The position numbers and the translations under genes were made by a program. A stretch of DNA of 64,000 nucleotides. Origin: Candidatus Eiseniibacteriota bacterium. GTDB taxonomy: Bacteria; Eisenbacteria; RBG-16-71-46; CAIMUX01; VGJL01. The stretch's first letter is position 1. Each line of letters starts with the position of its first letter. The DNA lies in NCBI GenBank assembly GCA_963792585.1, contig CAWBWI010000001.1, positions 1,472,001 through 1,536,000 of the forward strand. Direction: 5' to 3'. The notes below the pieces were generated by a model. The model worked only from the letters and a program-made list of their open reading frames with translations, did no database searches and was not told the origin of the DNA. Positions 29,190 through 38,648 of the stretch are shown here, in pieces.

Positions 29190-30032
29190 ATGAGCGGCTC
29201 GAAGAAGATCCACCTCGTGATCGTCGGGCTCGGAACGGCCGGCCAGGCGCGGCTGCGCGCGGCCCAGACGGCCGTCGGGATCGAGGTCGTGGCCATCGTC
29301 TCCCGGCACCGGGCGGTCGGAAATGCCCGGTTCGACGAAGCCATCGCCCGCGATGACGTCGATGCCGTGGCGATCTCGACCGAAACCACGGATCACGAAA
29401 CCAGGGTGCGCGCCGCCCTCGAGGCGGGCAAGCACGTCCTCTGCGACTATCCTCTGGCGCTCTCCGCCGGGCGGGCGGGCGATCTCCTGAAGCTCGCGCA
29501 CCGGAAACGCCGCGTCCTTCACGTCGAGCAGATCGCCCTGCTCACGCCGGCCCATCGAGAGGCCCGGACCCGCCTCACCGAACTCGGACGATTGAGGGAT
29601 GGAAGCTTCACGTTCGAGGGAGGCTGGACGGCCCGGCTGGCCGACCCAGCCTATGCCGGGCCGTTTCCGATTCACGTGGAGTCTCGGCTCGTTCAGTTGC
29701 TGGACCTCTTCGGTCCGGCACGGCTGGAGAACGTGGAGATGTCCGTGAGTCCGGAGCGCTCGCACTTCGTGGCGGATGTCGACTTCGAGCGTGGAGGGAG
29801 GATCCGCTTCACCGAGCGCCGGGCTCCGGACCTTCTCCGTCGGCGAGAAATGGAAGCCCATTGTGAGAAGGGCACCCTCACCTGGCCGGAGGTCGACGGG
29901 ACGACGGGCCTGTTCGCTCTGGATCTATCCTTCTTCCGGCAGCGCGTTCTTCACGCGAAGCCCGGGTACATGCAGGATTCCACCATGCTTCGAGCCCTGG
30001 AACAGATCGACGCGCTCCACGCACGCTCCTGA
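29190..30032 (+). CDS. Gfo/Idh/MocA oxidoreductase, biliverdin-reductase-like
   Basis: GLGTAG Rossmann motif; AGKHVLCDYPLAL..VLHVEQIALL; SRLVQLLDLFG; GLFALDLSFF. Confidence 0.8.
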   Translation: MSGSKKIHLVIVGLGTAGQARLRAAQTAVGIEVVAIVSRHRAVGNARFDEAIARDDVDAVAISTETTDHETRVRAALEAGKHVLCDYPLALSAGRAGDLLKLAHRKRRVLHVEQIALLTPAHREARTRLTELGRLRDGSFTFEGGWTARLADPAYAGPFPIHVESRLVQLLDLFGPARLENVEMSVSPERSHFVADVDFERGGRIRFTERRAPDLLRRREMEAHCEKGTLTWPEVDGTTGLFALDLSFFRQRVLHAKPGYMQDSTMLRALEQIDALHARS

Positions 30033-30036
30033 ACGG

Positions 30037-30933
30037 TTACGCCAGCATGACGAGCGCAACCCCCGCGACGGCGATGATCGTGCCGACCCATCCCCCCACG
30101 CGCATCGCCTCGCCGAGGAAGAAGACCGAGAGGGGCGCTATGAAGAGGGGCGAGGTGCCGGTCAGGGCGGCGGCCACCGAAGGATCGGTCGAGCGCACCG
30201 CGAGCTGAAATAGGAAGAACCCGACGAAGCTCCCCATGAGCGATGCCGGAATGATCCGCGAGAGCGCGGGGGGCCGCAGGGCGTGCCGGACCGTCAGCAG
30301 AAGCTGCCCGTGGGCCGCCTCCAGAATGAGGATCCCCGCCACCCCGCCGAACATCCGTATCGCGCTCGCCTGGAACAGATCGGCGTGCTCGAGCCCTTTC
30401 TTCGTCATCACGATCCCGAGCGCTTGACAGAATGCGGCGCCCAGCGCGAACAGAAGCCCGCTCCGGGTCTGCCCCGTCCGCACGGTCCCGGCCGGACGTT
30501 CGCGGAGAACCAGGATCAGCCCCACGATGACGAGCGCCACCCCGGCGGCCGCGACGACTCCGGGCATCTGCTGACCCGCCAAGAGCGCAAGGCCCGCCGC
30601 GAAGAGCGGGGTCAAGGTCTGGACCATCATCGTCCGTCTCGCACCGATTCGGGGAAGGGCGGCGAAGTAGGACGTGTCCCCCAATGACATCCCGACCACG
30701 CCGCTCACGATCAAGATCAGTGCTGACGAAAGGGTCACCCCGGAGAACGCAGGATGGGGACCGGCAAGGATGAGGAGCAGGACGAAGAGGGGCATGCAGA
30801 CGCCCAGTTTGAAGAGGTTCATCGCCTGCGGCCAGCTGACGGCCGACTGGCGCGTCCAGAGGATCGTGGAGACGGCCCACAAAGCGGCCGCCCCCAGGGC
30901 AGCCAACTCGCCGATCGGCAGGTGGCCCGGCAT
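30037..30933 (-). CDS. DMT/EamA family transporter
   Basis: About 10 TM segments in two EamA repeats. Confidence 0.88.
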   Translation of the reverse strand: MPGHLPIGELAALGAAALWAVSTILWTRQSAVSWPQAMNLFKLGVCMPLFVLLLILAGPHPAFSGVTLSSALILIVSGVVGMSLGDTSYFAALPRIGARRTMMVQTLTPLFAAGLALLAGQQMPGVVAAAGVALVIVGLILVLRERPAGTVRTGQTRSGLLFALGAAFCQALGIVMTKKGLEHADLFQASAIRMFGGVAGILILEAAHGQLLLTVRHALRPPALSRIIPASLMGSFVGFFLFQLAVRSTDPSVAAALTGTSPLFIAPLSVFFLGEAMRVGGWVGTIIAVAGVALVMLA

Positions 30934-30942
30934 TGCGCGGGG

Positions 30943-31839
30943 CTAGGTTCGGTAGCCCAGTCGGCGAAGGGCCGCCTCGTCCCGCCGCCATTTCGGCGAG
31001 ACCTTCACCCGCAACTCGAGGAAGACCTCTCGACCGAGGAACTCCTCGATCGCCGCGCGCGCCGCCGCGCCGAGATCCTTGATCGCGCGCCCGCCGCGAC
31101 CGATCAGGATCCCCTTCTGGGAGTCCTGTTCCACGTAGAGGATGACCCCGATGAAATCCTTCGCCCCCGCACGCTCCGTGAACTCGTCGACTTCCACCTC
31201 GACCGCGTACGGGACCTCCTCCGAGTAGCGGACCATGATCTGTTCGCGCACGAGTTCGCCCACGAAGAATCGCTCGGGCTGCTCGGTCAACTGATCCGGC
31301 GGATAGAAGGGCGGGCCCTCGGGAAGGGCTTGAACGAGGACCTGGAGCAGTTGATCCACCCCGTCTCCCGTGAGCGCGGAGATCGGGACGACCTCCTTGA
31401 AGAGATCGGCCTGCGCGATCTCCTGCAACAGAGGGATCAGGAGCTGCTTTGGGCGCATCCGATCGATCTTGTTCAAGGCGGCAATTCGCGGTCCTTCGAA
31501 ACGGCGCAACTCCACGGGGAAGGCGATCGCCCCCGGCTTGAGTTGCGGCGCGTCGATCAGAACGCACGCGACGTCCGCATCGCCGAGGACTTCATTGACC
31601 GTCTTCATCATGGCGGCCTGGAGCGGGTAGTGAGGCTGGAGAATCCCAGGCGTGTCGAGGAGGACGATCTGGTAGCCGTCCCCCGAGACGATCCCCAGAG
31701 TGCGGCGCCGCGTCGTCTGCGGCTTGGGGCTCACGATCGCCAGGCGGGAATCGACAAGATGGTTCATCAGGGTCGACTTGCCCGCATTGGGTTCCCCGAC
31801 CAGGGCCACATAACCGCAGCGGAACGCGCGTTCTTCCAT
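30943..31839 (-). CDS. era: GTPase Era
   Basis: GEPNAGKST, PQTTR, DTPG, NKID, KH domain with ILIGRGG. Confidence 0.97.
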   Translation of the reverse strand: MEERAFRCGYVALVGEPNAGKSTLMNHLVDSRLAIVSPKPQTTRRRTLGIVSGDGYQIVLLDTPGILQPHYPLQAAMMKTVNEVLGDADVACVLIDAPQLKPGAIAFPVELRRFEGPRIAALNKIDRMRPKQLLIPLLQEIAQADLFKEVVPISALTGDGVDQLLQVLVQALPEGPPFYPPDQLTEQPERFFVGELVREQIMVRYSEEVPYAVEVEVDEFTERAGAKDFIGVILYVEQDSQKGILIGRGGRAIKDLGAAARAAIEEFLGREVFLELRVKVSPKWRRDEAALRRLGYRT

Positions 31840-32195
31840 CAGGGTTGATCCGTCTCTTTCAACCGGCCGTGCCGGTAGGTGATGACGCGGACCTTCTCCA
31901 GGGTGACGAGTCCCTCGCCGATCATCGCATCGAGATCGGGCAGGAACGCCGCGACCCGCTCCGGCGTGTCGACGATCTCGATCACAACCGGCAGATCCTC
32001 CGACAACCGCAGGATCTTCGCCGTGTGGATCCGGCTGTTCGCGCCGAAGCCGATCGTGCCCCGAAGGACGGTGGCGCCCGCCATCCCCCGCCTTCTCGCC
32101 TCCTCGACGATCACTTCGTCGAGGGGACGCCCCCGATACCGGTCGCTCTCCCCGACGAAGATCCTCAACAGCTCCGCTTCCGAAGGCAGCTTCAT
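31839..32195 (-). CDS. DUF190 (PII-like) protein
   Basis: LRIFVGESD..GATVLRG..GFG..LRLSEDLPVVIEIVD; usual neighbour of crcB. Confidence 0.92.
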   Translation of the reverse strand: MKLPSEAELLRIFVGESDRYRGRPLDEVIVEEARRRGMAGATVLRGTIGFGANSRIHTAKILRLSEDLPVVIEIVDTPERVAAFLPDLDAMIGEGLVTLEKVRVITYRHGRLKETDQP

Positions 32196-32210
32196 CGCGT
32201 CCCCTCCATC

Positions 32211-32588
32211 CTACAGATTCCGCCCGACGGCGGCGCCCGCGAAGAGCAGGGCCAGTCCGAGGCCGTTCTGGAGGCTCACGTTGGCAATCGCGCGCCACCA
32301 CTGTCCGTCCCGCAACATCTGGACCGTTTCGAATGCGAAGGAGGAGAAGGTGGTGAACGCGCCGAAGAACCCGATCAGGACGATCACCCGCGCGTCGCCG
32401 CGCAGCAGGGACCGCTCGGCGGCGAGGGCCCAGACGATTCCGAAGGCGAAGCAGCCCGCGGCGTTCACGGCGAGAGTCCCCCACGGGAATCCGGTTCCGG
32501 CGTGCCTCTGGACCCATCCTCCAAGGCCGTAACGCGCCAGCGTCCCGATTGCGCCGAGCGCCGCAAGTCCAAGTAGCTTGCTTCCCAC
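32211..32588 (-). CDS. crcB: Fluoride efflux channel CrcB/FluC
   Basis: GTLARY, FPWGTLAVN, GFFGAFTTFSSF; GTG start with SD AAGGAG. Confidence 0.95.
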   Translation of the reverse strand: MGSKLLGLAALGAIGTLARYGLGGWVQRHAGTGFPWGTLAVNAAGCFAFGIVWALAAERSLLRGDARVIVLIGFFGAFTTFSSFAFETVQMLRDGQWWRAIANVSLQNGLGLALLFAGAAVGRNL

Positions 32589-32607
32589 ACGCGACTCCTT
32601 CCGCTTC

Positions 32608-32654
32608 GTAGGAGTCATCAGCCCGGAAGGGCGGTTGTGGCGGACTCCATCACC
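32608..32654 (-). ncRNA. Fluoride riboswitch (crcB motif)
   Basis: Minus strand GGTGATGGAGTCCGCC-ACAACCGC-CCTTCCGG-GCTGATGACTCCTAC fits the crcB aptamer consensus; ends about 20 nt before crcB. Confidence 0.93.
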
Positions 32655-32714
32655 AACTGGTTGCGGCGAAGCCCCCGCGGCGCGCGGAGGCTTCGCATCC
32701 AGCCAACGTTCGAG

Positions 32715-34253
32715 CTACACCAGGTTCCCGACCGCCTTCTCCACGGCGGCGAGGATCTCTCCCGACTCGACGAGCGCGGCCATCCGGTTGTTGTCGTCGT
32801 AGAGCGGGCGGTCTTCCTCGAGGAACGCTGACGTGCTTGCGGATCACCTCGTAGGCGGCCTCGGCTCCCTTGCCGGCCTTCAGCGGACGGCGGAAGTCCA
32901 TCGCCTGCGCGGCGGCCATCATCTCGATCCCGAGGACGGCATGTGCGTTCTTCAGAATCTGCTTCGATTTCAGCGCCGTCGTCATCCCCATCGAGACGAA
33001 GTCCTCTTGATCGGCCGCTGCGGGGATCGAGCCCGTCGCCGCCGGGATGCGAGAGGATCCGGTTCTCGCAGCAGAGCGCGCCCGCCGTGTACTGCGCGAG
33101 CATCAGGCCGGAGAACATCCCGGCCCCCTTCGTCAGGAAGGCGGGCAGACCGCAGCTCAGATTGCGGTTCAGCAGCCGGTTCAGGCGCCGCTCGGAGAGG
33201 ACGGCCACGGTCGTGACCGCCGTGCCGAGCATCTCGAGCCCGAAGGCCATCGGCGTACCCTGGAAGTTCGCGCCGGTCAGATAGGTGCCGCCATCGTCGT
33301 CGGGGAAGAAGATCGGGTTGTCGCCCACACCGTTGAGCTCGATCTCGATCTGCGAGCGGGTGTACTTGAGGGCGTCGCGCGCGGCGCCCGCGACCTGCGG
33401 GGAGCTGCGCAGGGAGTAGGCGTCCTGCACCTTCTTGCCCTTCTGCTTGCAGCATCTCGCTCCCCTCGGTGATCATGCGGACGTTCGCCGCAACCTCCTG
33501 CGCGCCGGGGAATCCGCGGACCTTGTGGATCCGCTCGTCGTAGGCGGCCATGTTCGCGTTGACGACCTCGAGGGTCATCGCGACGGCGATGTCGTGGTGC
33601 CGGAGCCACTGCGAGCGCGTCGACGACCTGCAGCGCGCCCATCCCGGTGATGCAGTTGCTTCCGTTGATCGACGCGAGACCGTCACGCGCCTCGAACGCG
33701 CTGCACCGGGATCCCGGCCTTCTCCAGCGCGACCTGCGAGCGTCCATCCGCTCGCCCTTGTAGAACGCCTCGCCCTCGCCGATCAAGACGAGGGCGATCT
33801 GCGACATCGGCGAGAGATCGCCGCACGCGCCGACCGATCCCTTCTCGCACATGACCGGGCGTCACGCCGCGGTTGAGCATCTCGCGCATCGTCTCGACCA
33901 GGATCGGGCGGATGCCGGAGTGGCCCTGGCTCAGGACCGACATCCGCGAGAGGATCGCAGAGCGCGCATCGGAGATCTGCGAGGGGATCGCCGATTCCGG
34001 CCGCGTGGCTGTAGACGATGTATTTCTGAAATTGCTCCGTTTGCTCGGGCGTGAGGATCGTCTCCGACAGCTCGCCGATGCCGGTCGTGATGCCGTACAT
34101 CACGGCCCGCTCGCGGACTTTGCGCTCGACGAACTCGCGGCAGTGCGCGATCCGGTCCAGGGCAGCCTCGGTCAGCTCGACCGGTTCGCCCTGCCTCGCA
34201 ACGCGGTGGACATCCTCACAACTCAGCCGACCCTCACCGATGCGAACGCTCAT
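32715..34253 (-). CDS. hutH: Histidine ammonia-lyase family (MIO) enzyme; several frameshifts in this assembly
   Basis: Fragments across frames: MYGITTGIG, YSHAAG, GSVGACGDL, GLASING, QDAYSLRSSPQV, DNP, ANFQG, QEDFVSMG. Confidence 0.85.
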
Positions 34254-34323
34254 CGCATCCTCCTCTTCCCCCGGGCGCCGGGAGCGCCCAACCCACCCCA
34301 CACCGTGAGGCTCCAGAAAGGAG

Positions 34324-34352
34324 AGGATACTCCCCCCCGCACGGAGGGTCAA
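34324..34352 (-). promoter_or_regulatory. Putative sigma-70 promoter for hutH
   Basis: TTGACC-17 nt-TATCCT. Confidence 0.55.
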
Positions 34353-34398
34353 ACGGGCGTCGGAGGGGATAAACCCCCGAATCAGCGAGGTTTGCGGG

Positions 34399-35898
34399 CT
34401 ACCTGATGAGGCAGATCGGCCTCACGGCGCCCCCGCCCGGCCCTTCGATGCGCAGGAAGTAGGTCCCGCTGGGCAGGCTTCGCCGATCCGATCCGCGAAG
34501 TGACAACGCCATCGACTGCGGACCGACAGGTTGGTCGGCATCGAGGAGCGTTCGGACACTCCTGCCCGCAGCATCGATGAGGGTCAGGCGGACGCGCCCT
34601 GCGCGCGCCACGTCGAACCGGCAGCTCACGCGATCCATCGTCGGATTCGGTGCGACTTCGAGATCCGCCGCGCCGCGACCCATGGGGTTTTCCGCGACAT
34701 CCGCCGCGGGGCAGCCGACGCGAAGAGCGCCGATCCAGACTCCACACGGATTGAGGTCGGGAAACGCCGGGGACATGCGTCCAACCGAAAAGGTCCCCGC
34801 GGAGGTCGGGGCCTCCGTGCAGGACGCGGGAGCGCAGAGCAGAGGATCGGCTGCGAGGTTGTTCCCGAGGTCGTGAAGGACACCGCCGTTCGCCGCGACT
34901 CCGGACGGATCGACGATGCAGCAGCCATAGGAGATCGACCCGCCAGGGCCGGCGTTGATGTCATCCCCCACCGCCGCGGCGCAGTTGTCCCACAGAATCG
35001 TGTTCCGGATGATGGACGCCCCGTCGAAGGCAAAGACACCGCCCCCGTCACCATCGGCCGCGCTGTTCGCGACGACCGTGCACCCGTCGATGGTCGTGGT
35101 CGTCGACTGGCAGAAGATTCCGCCGCCGCGTCCGGCGCGATTCCCGGTCACGACACAGTTCCGGGCGACCGCCCCGCCCGCCAGCAGGAGTCCGCCCCCC
35201 GCAGGATTTCCCCCGATTCCGCCGGCGGCCTCATTCCCCGAGATCATACAGTCCACGATCAGGGGTGCCCCGAGCGCTCCCGAATCGATTCCACCACCGT
35301 AGTTCGCCACGTTGCCGGTCACCGTGCATCGCATGATCGTCACCGGCAGCTCCCCGCGGCACGCGATCCCGCCCCCGTAGCTCGCGAAGTTGCGGAGGAT
35401 CGTGCAGTCCTCGATCCGTGCGTTCGACGTCCGGCAACAAATCCCTCCGCCGTCGGAGCCGAACTCGGCGACCGTGCAATCACGCACAACGCAGGCTCGG
35501 ATCGTCGGGGACGAGAACTCGCACTCGATCCCGCCGCCGTTCATCGGCCCCCCGACGTACCCGTTCTCGATCGTGAAGCCCTCGAGGACCGCCGCGTTCG
35601 TCTCCCCCGATCGGAAGAAGAAACCCCGATGCGCTGCGATCGCGGATCCTTGGCAGTTCACGATCGTCGATGCGGCGCCGTGCTCGGATCGGACGACGAT
35701 GCTCTTGCCGAGAAAATCGACATCCCTGTTGCCCGCCCCCGTGTAGGTTCCGTCCGCCACGAGGACGGTGTCGCCCGCGGCCGCGGCGTTGATTCCGCTC
35801 TGGATGGTCGGGTACTGGGACGGCACGCGGCGCGATACCGCGGATACCGGGGCGGCCGCCACGAGGGAAAGAACGATCAGGCACGCGCGTCGCAACAT
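34399..35898 (-). CDS. Secreted right-handed beta-helix repeat protein with FlgD-Ig-like tail
   Basis: Signal peptide, VPSQYPTIQ..GDTVLVADGTY, repeated N-x-A..GGGI-x-C units, tail APNP..LPSGTYFLRI. Confidence 0.87.
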   Translation of the reverse strand: MLRRACLIVLSLVAAAPVSAVSRRVPSQYPTIQSGINAAAAGDTVLVADGTYTGAGNRDVDFLGKSIVVRSEHGAASTIVNCQGSAIAAHRGFFFRSGETNAAVLEGFTIENGYVGGPMNGGGIECEFSSPTIRACVVRDCTVAEFGSDGGGICCRTSNARIEDCTILRNFASYGGGIACRGELPVTIMRCTVTGNVANYGGGIDSGALGAPLIVDCMISGNEAAGGIGGNPAGGGLLLAGGAVARNCVVTGNRAGRGGGIFCQSTTTTIDGCTVVANSAADGDGGGVFAFDGASIIRNTILWDNCAAAVGDDINAGPGGSISYGCCIVDPSGVAANGGVLHDLGNNLAADPLLCAPASCTEAPTSAGTFSVGRMSPAFPDLNPCGVWIGALRVGCPAADVAENPMGRGAADLEVAPNPTMDRVSCRFDVARAGRVRLTLIDAAGRSVRTLLDADQPVGPQSMALSLRGSDRRSLPSGTYFLRIEGPGGGAVRPICLIR

Positions 35899-35918
35899 GG
35901 TCGCGTCCTCCGGCCCTG

Positions 35919-37310
35919 TCAGCCGATTCGCACGACCCGGATGGTCGAGCGGGACCCATCCGGGCGCACGATGTAGATTCCCGACGGCATCAAACGCCCC
36001 GATTCGTCGCGTCCGTCCCAAACGAACCGCCCGCCTCCTGCGTCGAGGGTGCGGATGAGGCGACCCGTCAGGTCGAAGACCCCGGCGTGCGAGCCATCCC
36101 CGGCGATGAAGACGCGGCCGGCGAACGGATTCGGCGCCGCCCCCGGCGACCGCGCCGCGATCGGGGGCTCACCGGCGTCGGCGGGAACATGCCGCGCGAT
36201 CCGCTTCTTGTAGATCACGCCATTGAAGTTCGGCAGGAATCCGACGCACCAGACATCCGTCGAATCCACGGAAACATCTTGGGTGTCGATCGCCGACATT
36301 TCGGCGCCGGTGTCGGCATCGAGCGTCCAGCTGACTCCGGCGTCGGTCGTCAGCCAGATTCCGCCGCCCGCGTTACCGAAGCGCGTTCCGCCCGCGGCGA
36401 AGCCGAACTGATCATCGAAGAACTTCACGATCCGAATCGGATAGCTCGGCTGCGTGAGGCGCCCGCTCCACGTGAGCCCCCCGTCGGTCGTCTTGTGGAC
36501 CCATCCCATGATCGGTGAGGAGATCTGCCCCCCGCCCGTCCAACCGTGCAGCGCATCGGAGAAGCTGACGCCGCCGTCGAACACGGAATCCGCCGAGCCG
36601 CGCCGCGACCATGTGACCCCGAAGTCGGTGGAGCCGCAGAGACTGATTCCCGTCAACCATGCTCGGCCATCCGGGTGAAAGTCGAAGTTACCCGCGAACC
36701 ACCCGGCGGTGGGGTCGGCCTGGATCCTCGTCCAATCAGTGGCCGCACGCCCCCCGTTCTGCGTGACATAGACATATCCCTGATATCCATAGGCGATGCC
36801 GTGGCTGTCGTCCGCAAATCGGATGTTCAGGAGCCAGTTGGCGGGATCGAGGACGATGTCCGCCGTCCATGTGGCCCCCCCATCGAACGTCCAGCGGATG
36901 ATCCCCGCGCCTGTTTGGTTCTGGAATCCGGCGACCACAGCCGTCAGGGGAGAGAAGGCCTGCACACCGTACCAGTAGTAGGGAAATCCGACGTTCATGA
37001 CCGTCGTCCAGGCTTGACCGCCGTTGGTCGTCCGGTAGACGCCTCCAAGCTCCGCGCAGGCGTAACCGTGGAGGGGGTCGGCGAACGAGACGCCCATGAG
37101 AACCTTGTTCACCGTCTGCTGGAGATGCCAACCGGCCCGCTGATCGCCCGCCGGGTACGACGGAGAGGTTGCGTCGACGAGGGTGGCCGGGATCCTCGCG
37201 ACACATGCATCTCCAGTGCCGATGTCCCGCTGCTCCGGGATGGGAGACGCGGTGACGACTGCTGCTTGGAGGGCAAGGGCCAGAGCGATAGCGGGCAGGG
37301 GGCGGCGCAT
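35919..37310 (-). CDS. Secreted YCF48/BNR-repeat beta-propeller protein with FlgD-Ig-like tail
   Basis: Repeated T-x-(N/D)GG-x-TW Asp-box motifs; tail APNPF..WDGRDESGRLMPSGIY. Confidence 0.85.
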   Translation of the reverse strand: MRRPLPAIALALALQAAVVTASPIPEQRDIGTGDACVARIPATLVDATSPSYPAGDQRAGWHLQQTVNKVLMGVSFADPLHGYACAELGGVYRTTNGGQAWTTVMNVGFPYYWYGVQAFSPLTAVVAGFQNQTGAGIIRWTFDGGATWTADIVLDPANWLLNIRFADDSHGIAYGYQGYVYVTQNGGRAATDWTRIQADPTAGWFAGNFDFHPDGRAWLTGISLCGSTDFGVTWSRRGSADSVFDGGVSFSDALHGWTGGGQISSPIMGWVHKTTDGGLTWSGRLTQPSYPIRIVKFFDDQFGFAAGGTRFGNAGGGIWLTTDAGVSWTLDADTGAEMSAIDTQDVSVDSTDVWCVGFLPNFNGVIYKKRIARHVPADAGEPPIAARSPGAAPNPFAGRVFIAGDGSHAGVFDLTGRLIRTLDAGGGRFVWDGRDESGRLMPSGIYIVRPDGSRSTIRVVRIG

Positions 37311-37345
37311 CCATCCTCCTCGGTCGGCGCACAGCGCGCCCGACG

Positions 37346-37375
37346 AGGATAGTCCTCATGATGGGCTTACGTCAA
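37346..37375 (-). promoter_or_regulatory. Putative sigma-70 promoter
   Basis: TTGACG-18 nt-TATCCT, 35 nt before ATG 37310. Confidence 0.5.
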
Positions 37376-37470
37376 CGCGACGCGGCGACACGCAGGGGCG
37401 CGCAAGGGACGGCGAAGGGAGCACGCGTGAAGTGGATGCCGGCCGACGCAGGAGCGCCGGCCCGTGACTT

Positions 37471-38505
37471 TCAGGGGCCGTCGGTTCCGTTTGCGAGGGA
37501 GCGGTCGACAGAGCCGATGGACGGGCGATCGGCTGCGTAGAGGGGATTCTCGAACAGATCCTCGGAAGCCACGGCAGATTCGAGTGCCGAGGATACGCTC
37601 GGCGCCCGCCCGTCGCGCGAGGGAACGATGATGCCGATTCCCACATGGAGCCCCGATGGCAGGGCCTCGGGCCGCGGCGCGCCCCCTCCGGATTCCCACT
37701 CCCGGCGCAGCTTGCGCACGAAGCCGACGGTTCCGGCCCGGCCTTCGGTGTGCAGAACGACGACCGCTTCGGCCGCGCCCCAGAGCGTCAGTAGATCCTC
37801 GGGACGGGTGAGGCGTTCGAGTTCGTGATGGAGCCGTTCGACCGATTCGGGAGCGGATGCTGGATCCCAGCGGACTCTGACGACCCCCAAGGAGGCCCCG
37901 AAGCGGACGACATCGCCGCAGGCCTCCGCGAGCCGGGCACGGAACGAATCCTCCGGGAGAATCCGGCTTCGGGCGGCGCGCAGCAGCGTGTCGAGCTCGA
38001 CGTCCTTCGGGTACGCGCGTCGGAGTCCGCCGCACCGCCGACTCGCCCCGCGGATCCGCTCGATCACCTCACGGACCTGGAAGGGTTTTGCGATGAAGTC
38101 GGTCCCGCCGAAGGAGAGCCCCCGCGTGCGCTCAGCGGGGTCGAAGAGGGCGGAGAGGAAGAGGACCGGTTGATCGAAGGCGCACGCCCTGAGGGACCGG
38201 CACACCTCGAACCCACTGATCCTGGCAAGGGATACGTCGAGGACGATCAGGTCCGGTCTCTCCCGCAGGACAAGTGTCAGCGCGTCGATCCCGTCCTCGG
38301 CGATCACGACGTCGAATTCTTCGCGAAGGGCCTTGTGAAGCACGGTACGAATGAAGGGGTCATCGTCGGCGAGGAGAATCTTGGGGCGTGGCGAACCACA
38401 AAGTGGGGCGCCGTCCGTCGGAACGTTCTCAGGAAGGGGGGTTGCCTCCCCCCGTGGAGTTCCCCCAAGGGGATCTCCCGCCTGTGTCGCGCGTAGCTGG
38501 AACAC
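37471..38505 (-). CDS. Response regulator with degenerate GGDEF-like output domain
   Basis: REC domain (LLADDD, IVLDV, AKPF); RPEDLLTLWGAAEAVVVL where the GGDEF motif would be; start uncertain. Confidence 0.8.
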   Translation of the reverse strand: MFQLRATQAGDPLGGTPRGEATPLPENVPTDGAPLCGSPRPKILLADDDPFIRTVLHKALREEFDVVIAEDGIDALTLVLRERPDLIVLDVSLARISGFEVCRSLRACAFDQPVLFLSALFDPAERTRGLSFGGTDFIAKPFQVREVIERIRGASRRCGGLRRAYPKDVELDTLLRAARSRILPEDSFRARLAEACGDVVRFGASLGVVRVRWDPASAPESVERLHHELERLTRPEDLLTLWGAAEAVVVLHTEGRAGTVGFVRKLRREWESGGGAPRPEALPSGLHVGIGIIVPSRDGRAPSVSSALESAVASEDLFENPLYAADRPSIGSVDRSLANGTDGP

Positions 38506-38648
38506 GTTCCGGATTCCCTCCCGAATGCGGCACCTTCTGGCTCAAGTTCTATCGGCCGATCGGGCCGAATCCTGCAGTGCTAGATGTGCCCTGCCTTCCA
38601 GGTCGGGGAAACCGGTACAATATAGGAGGACGCCGCCAAGGGAGATCA

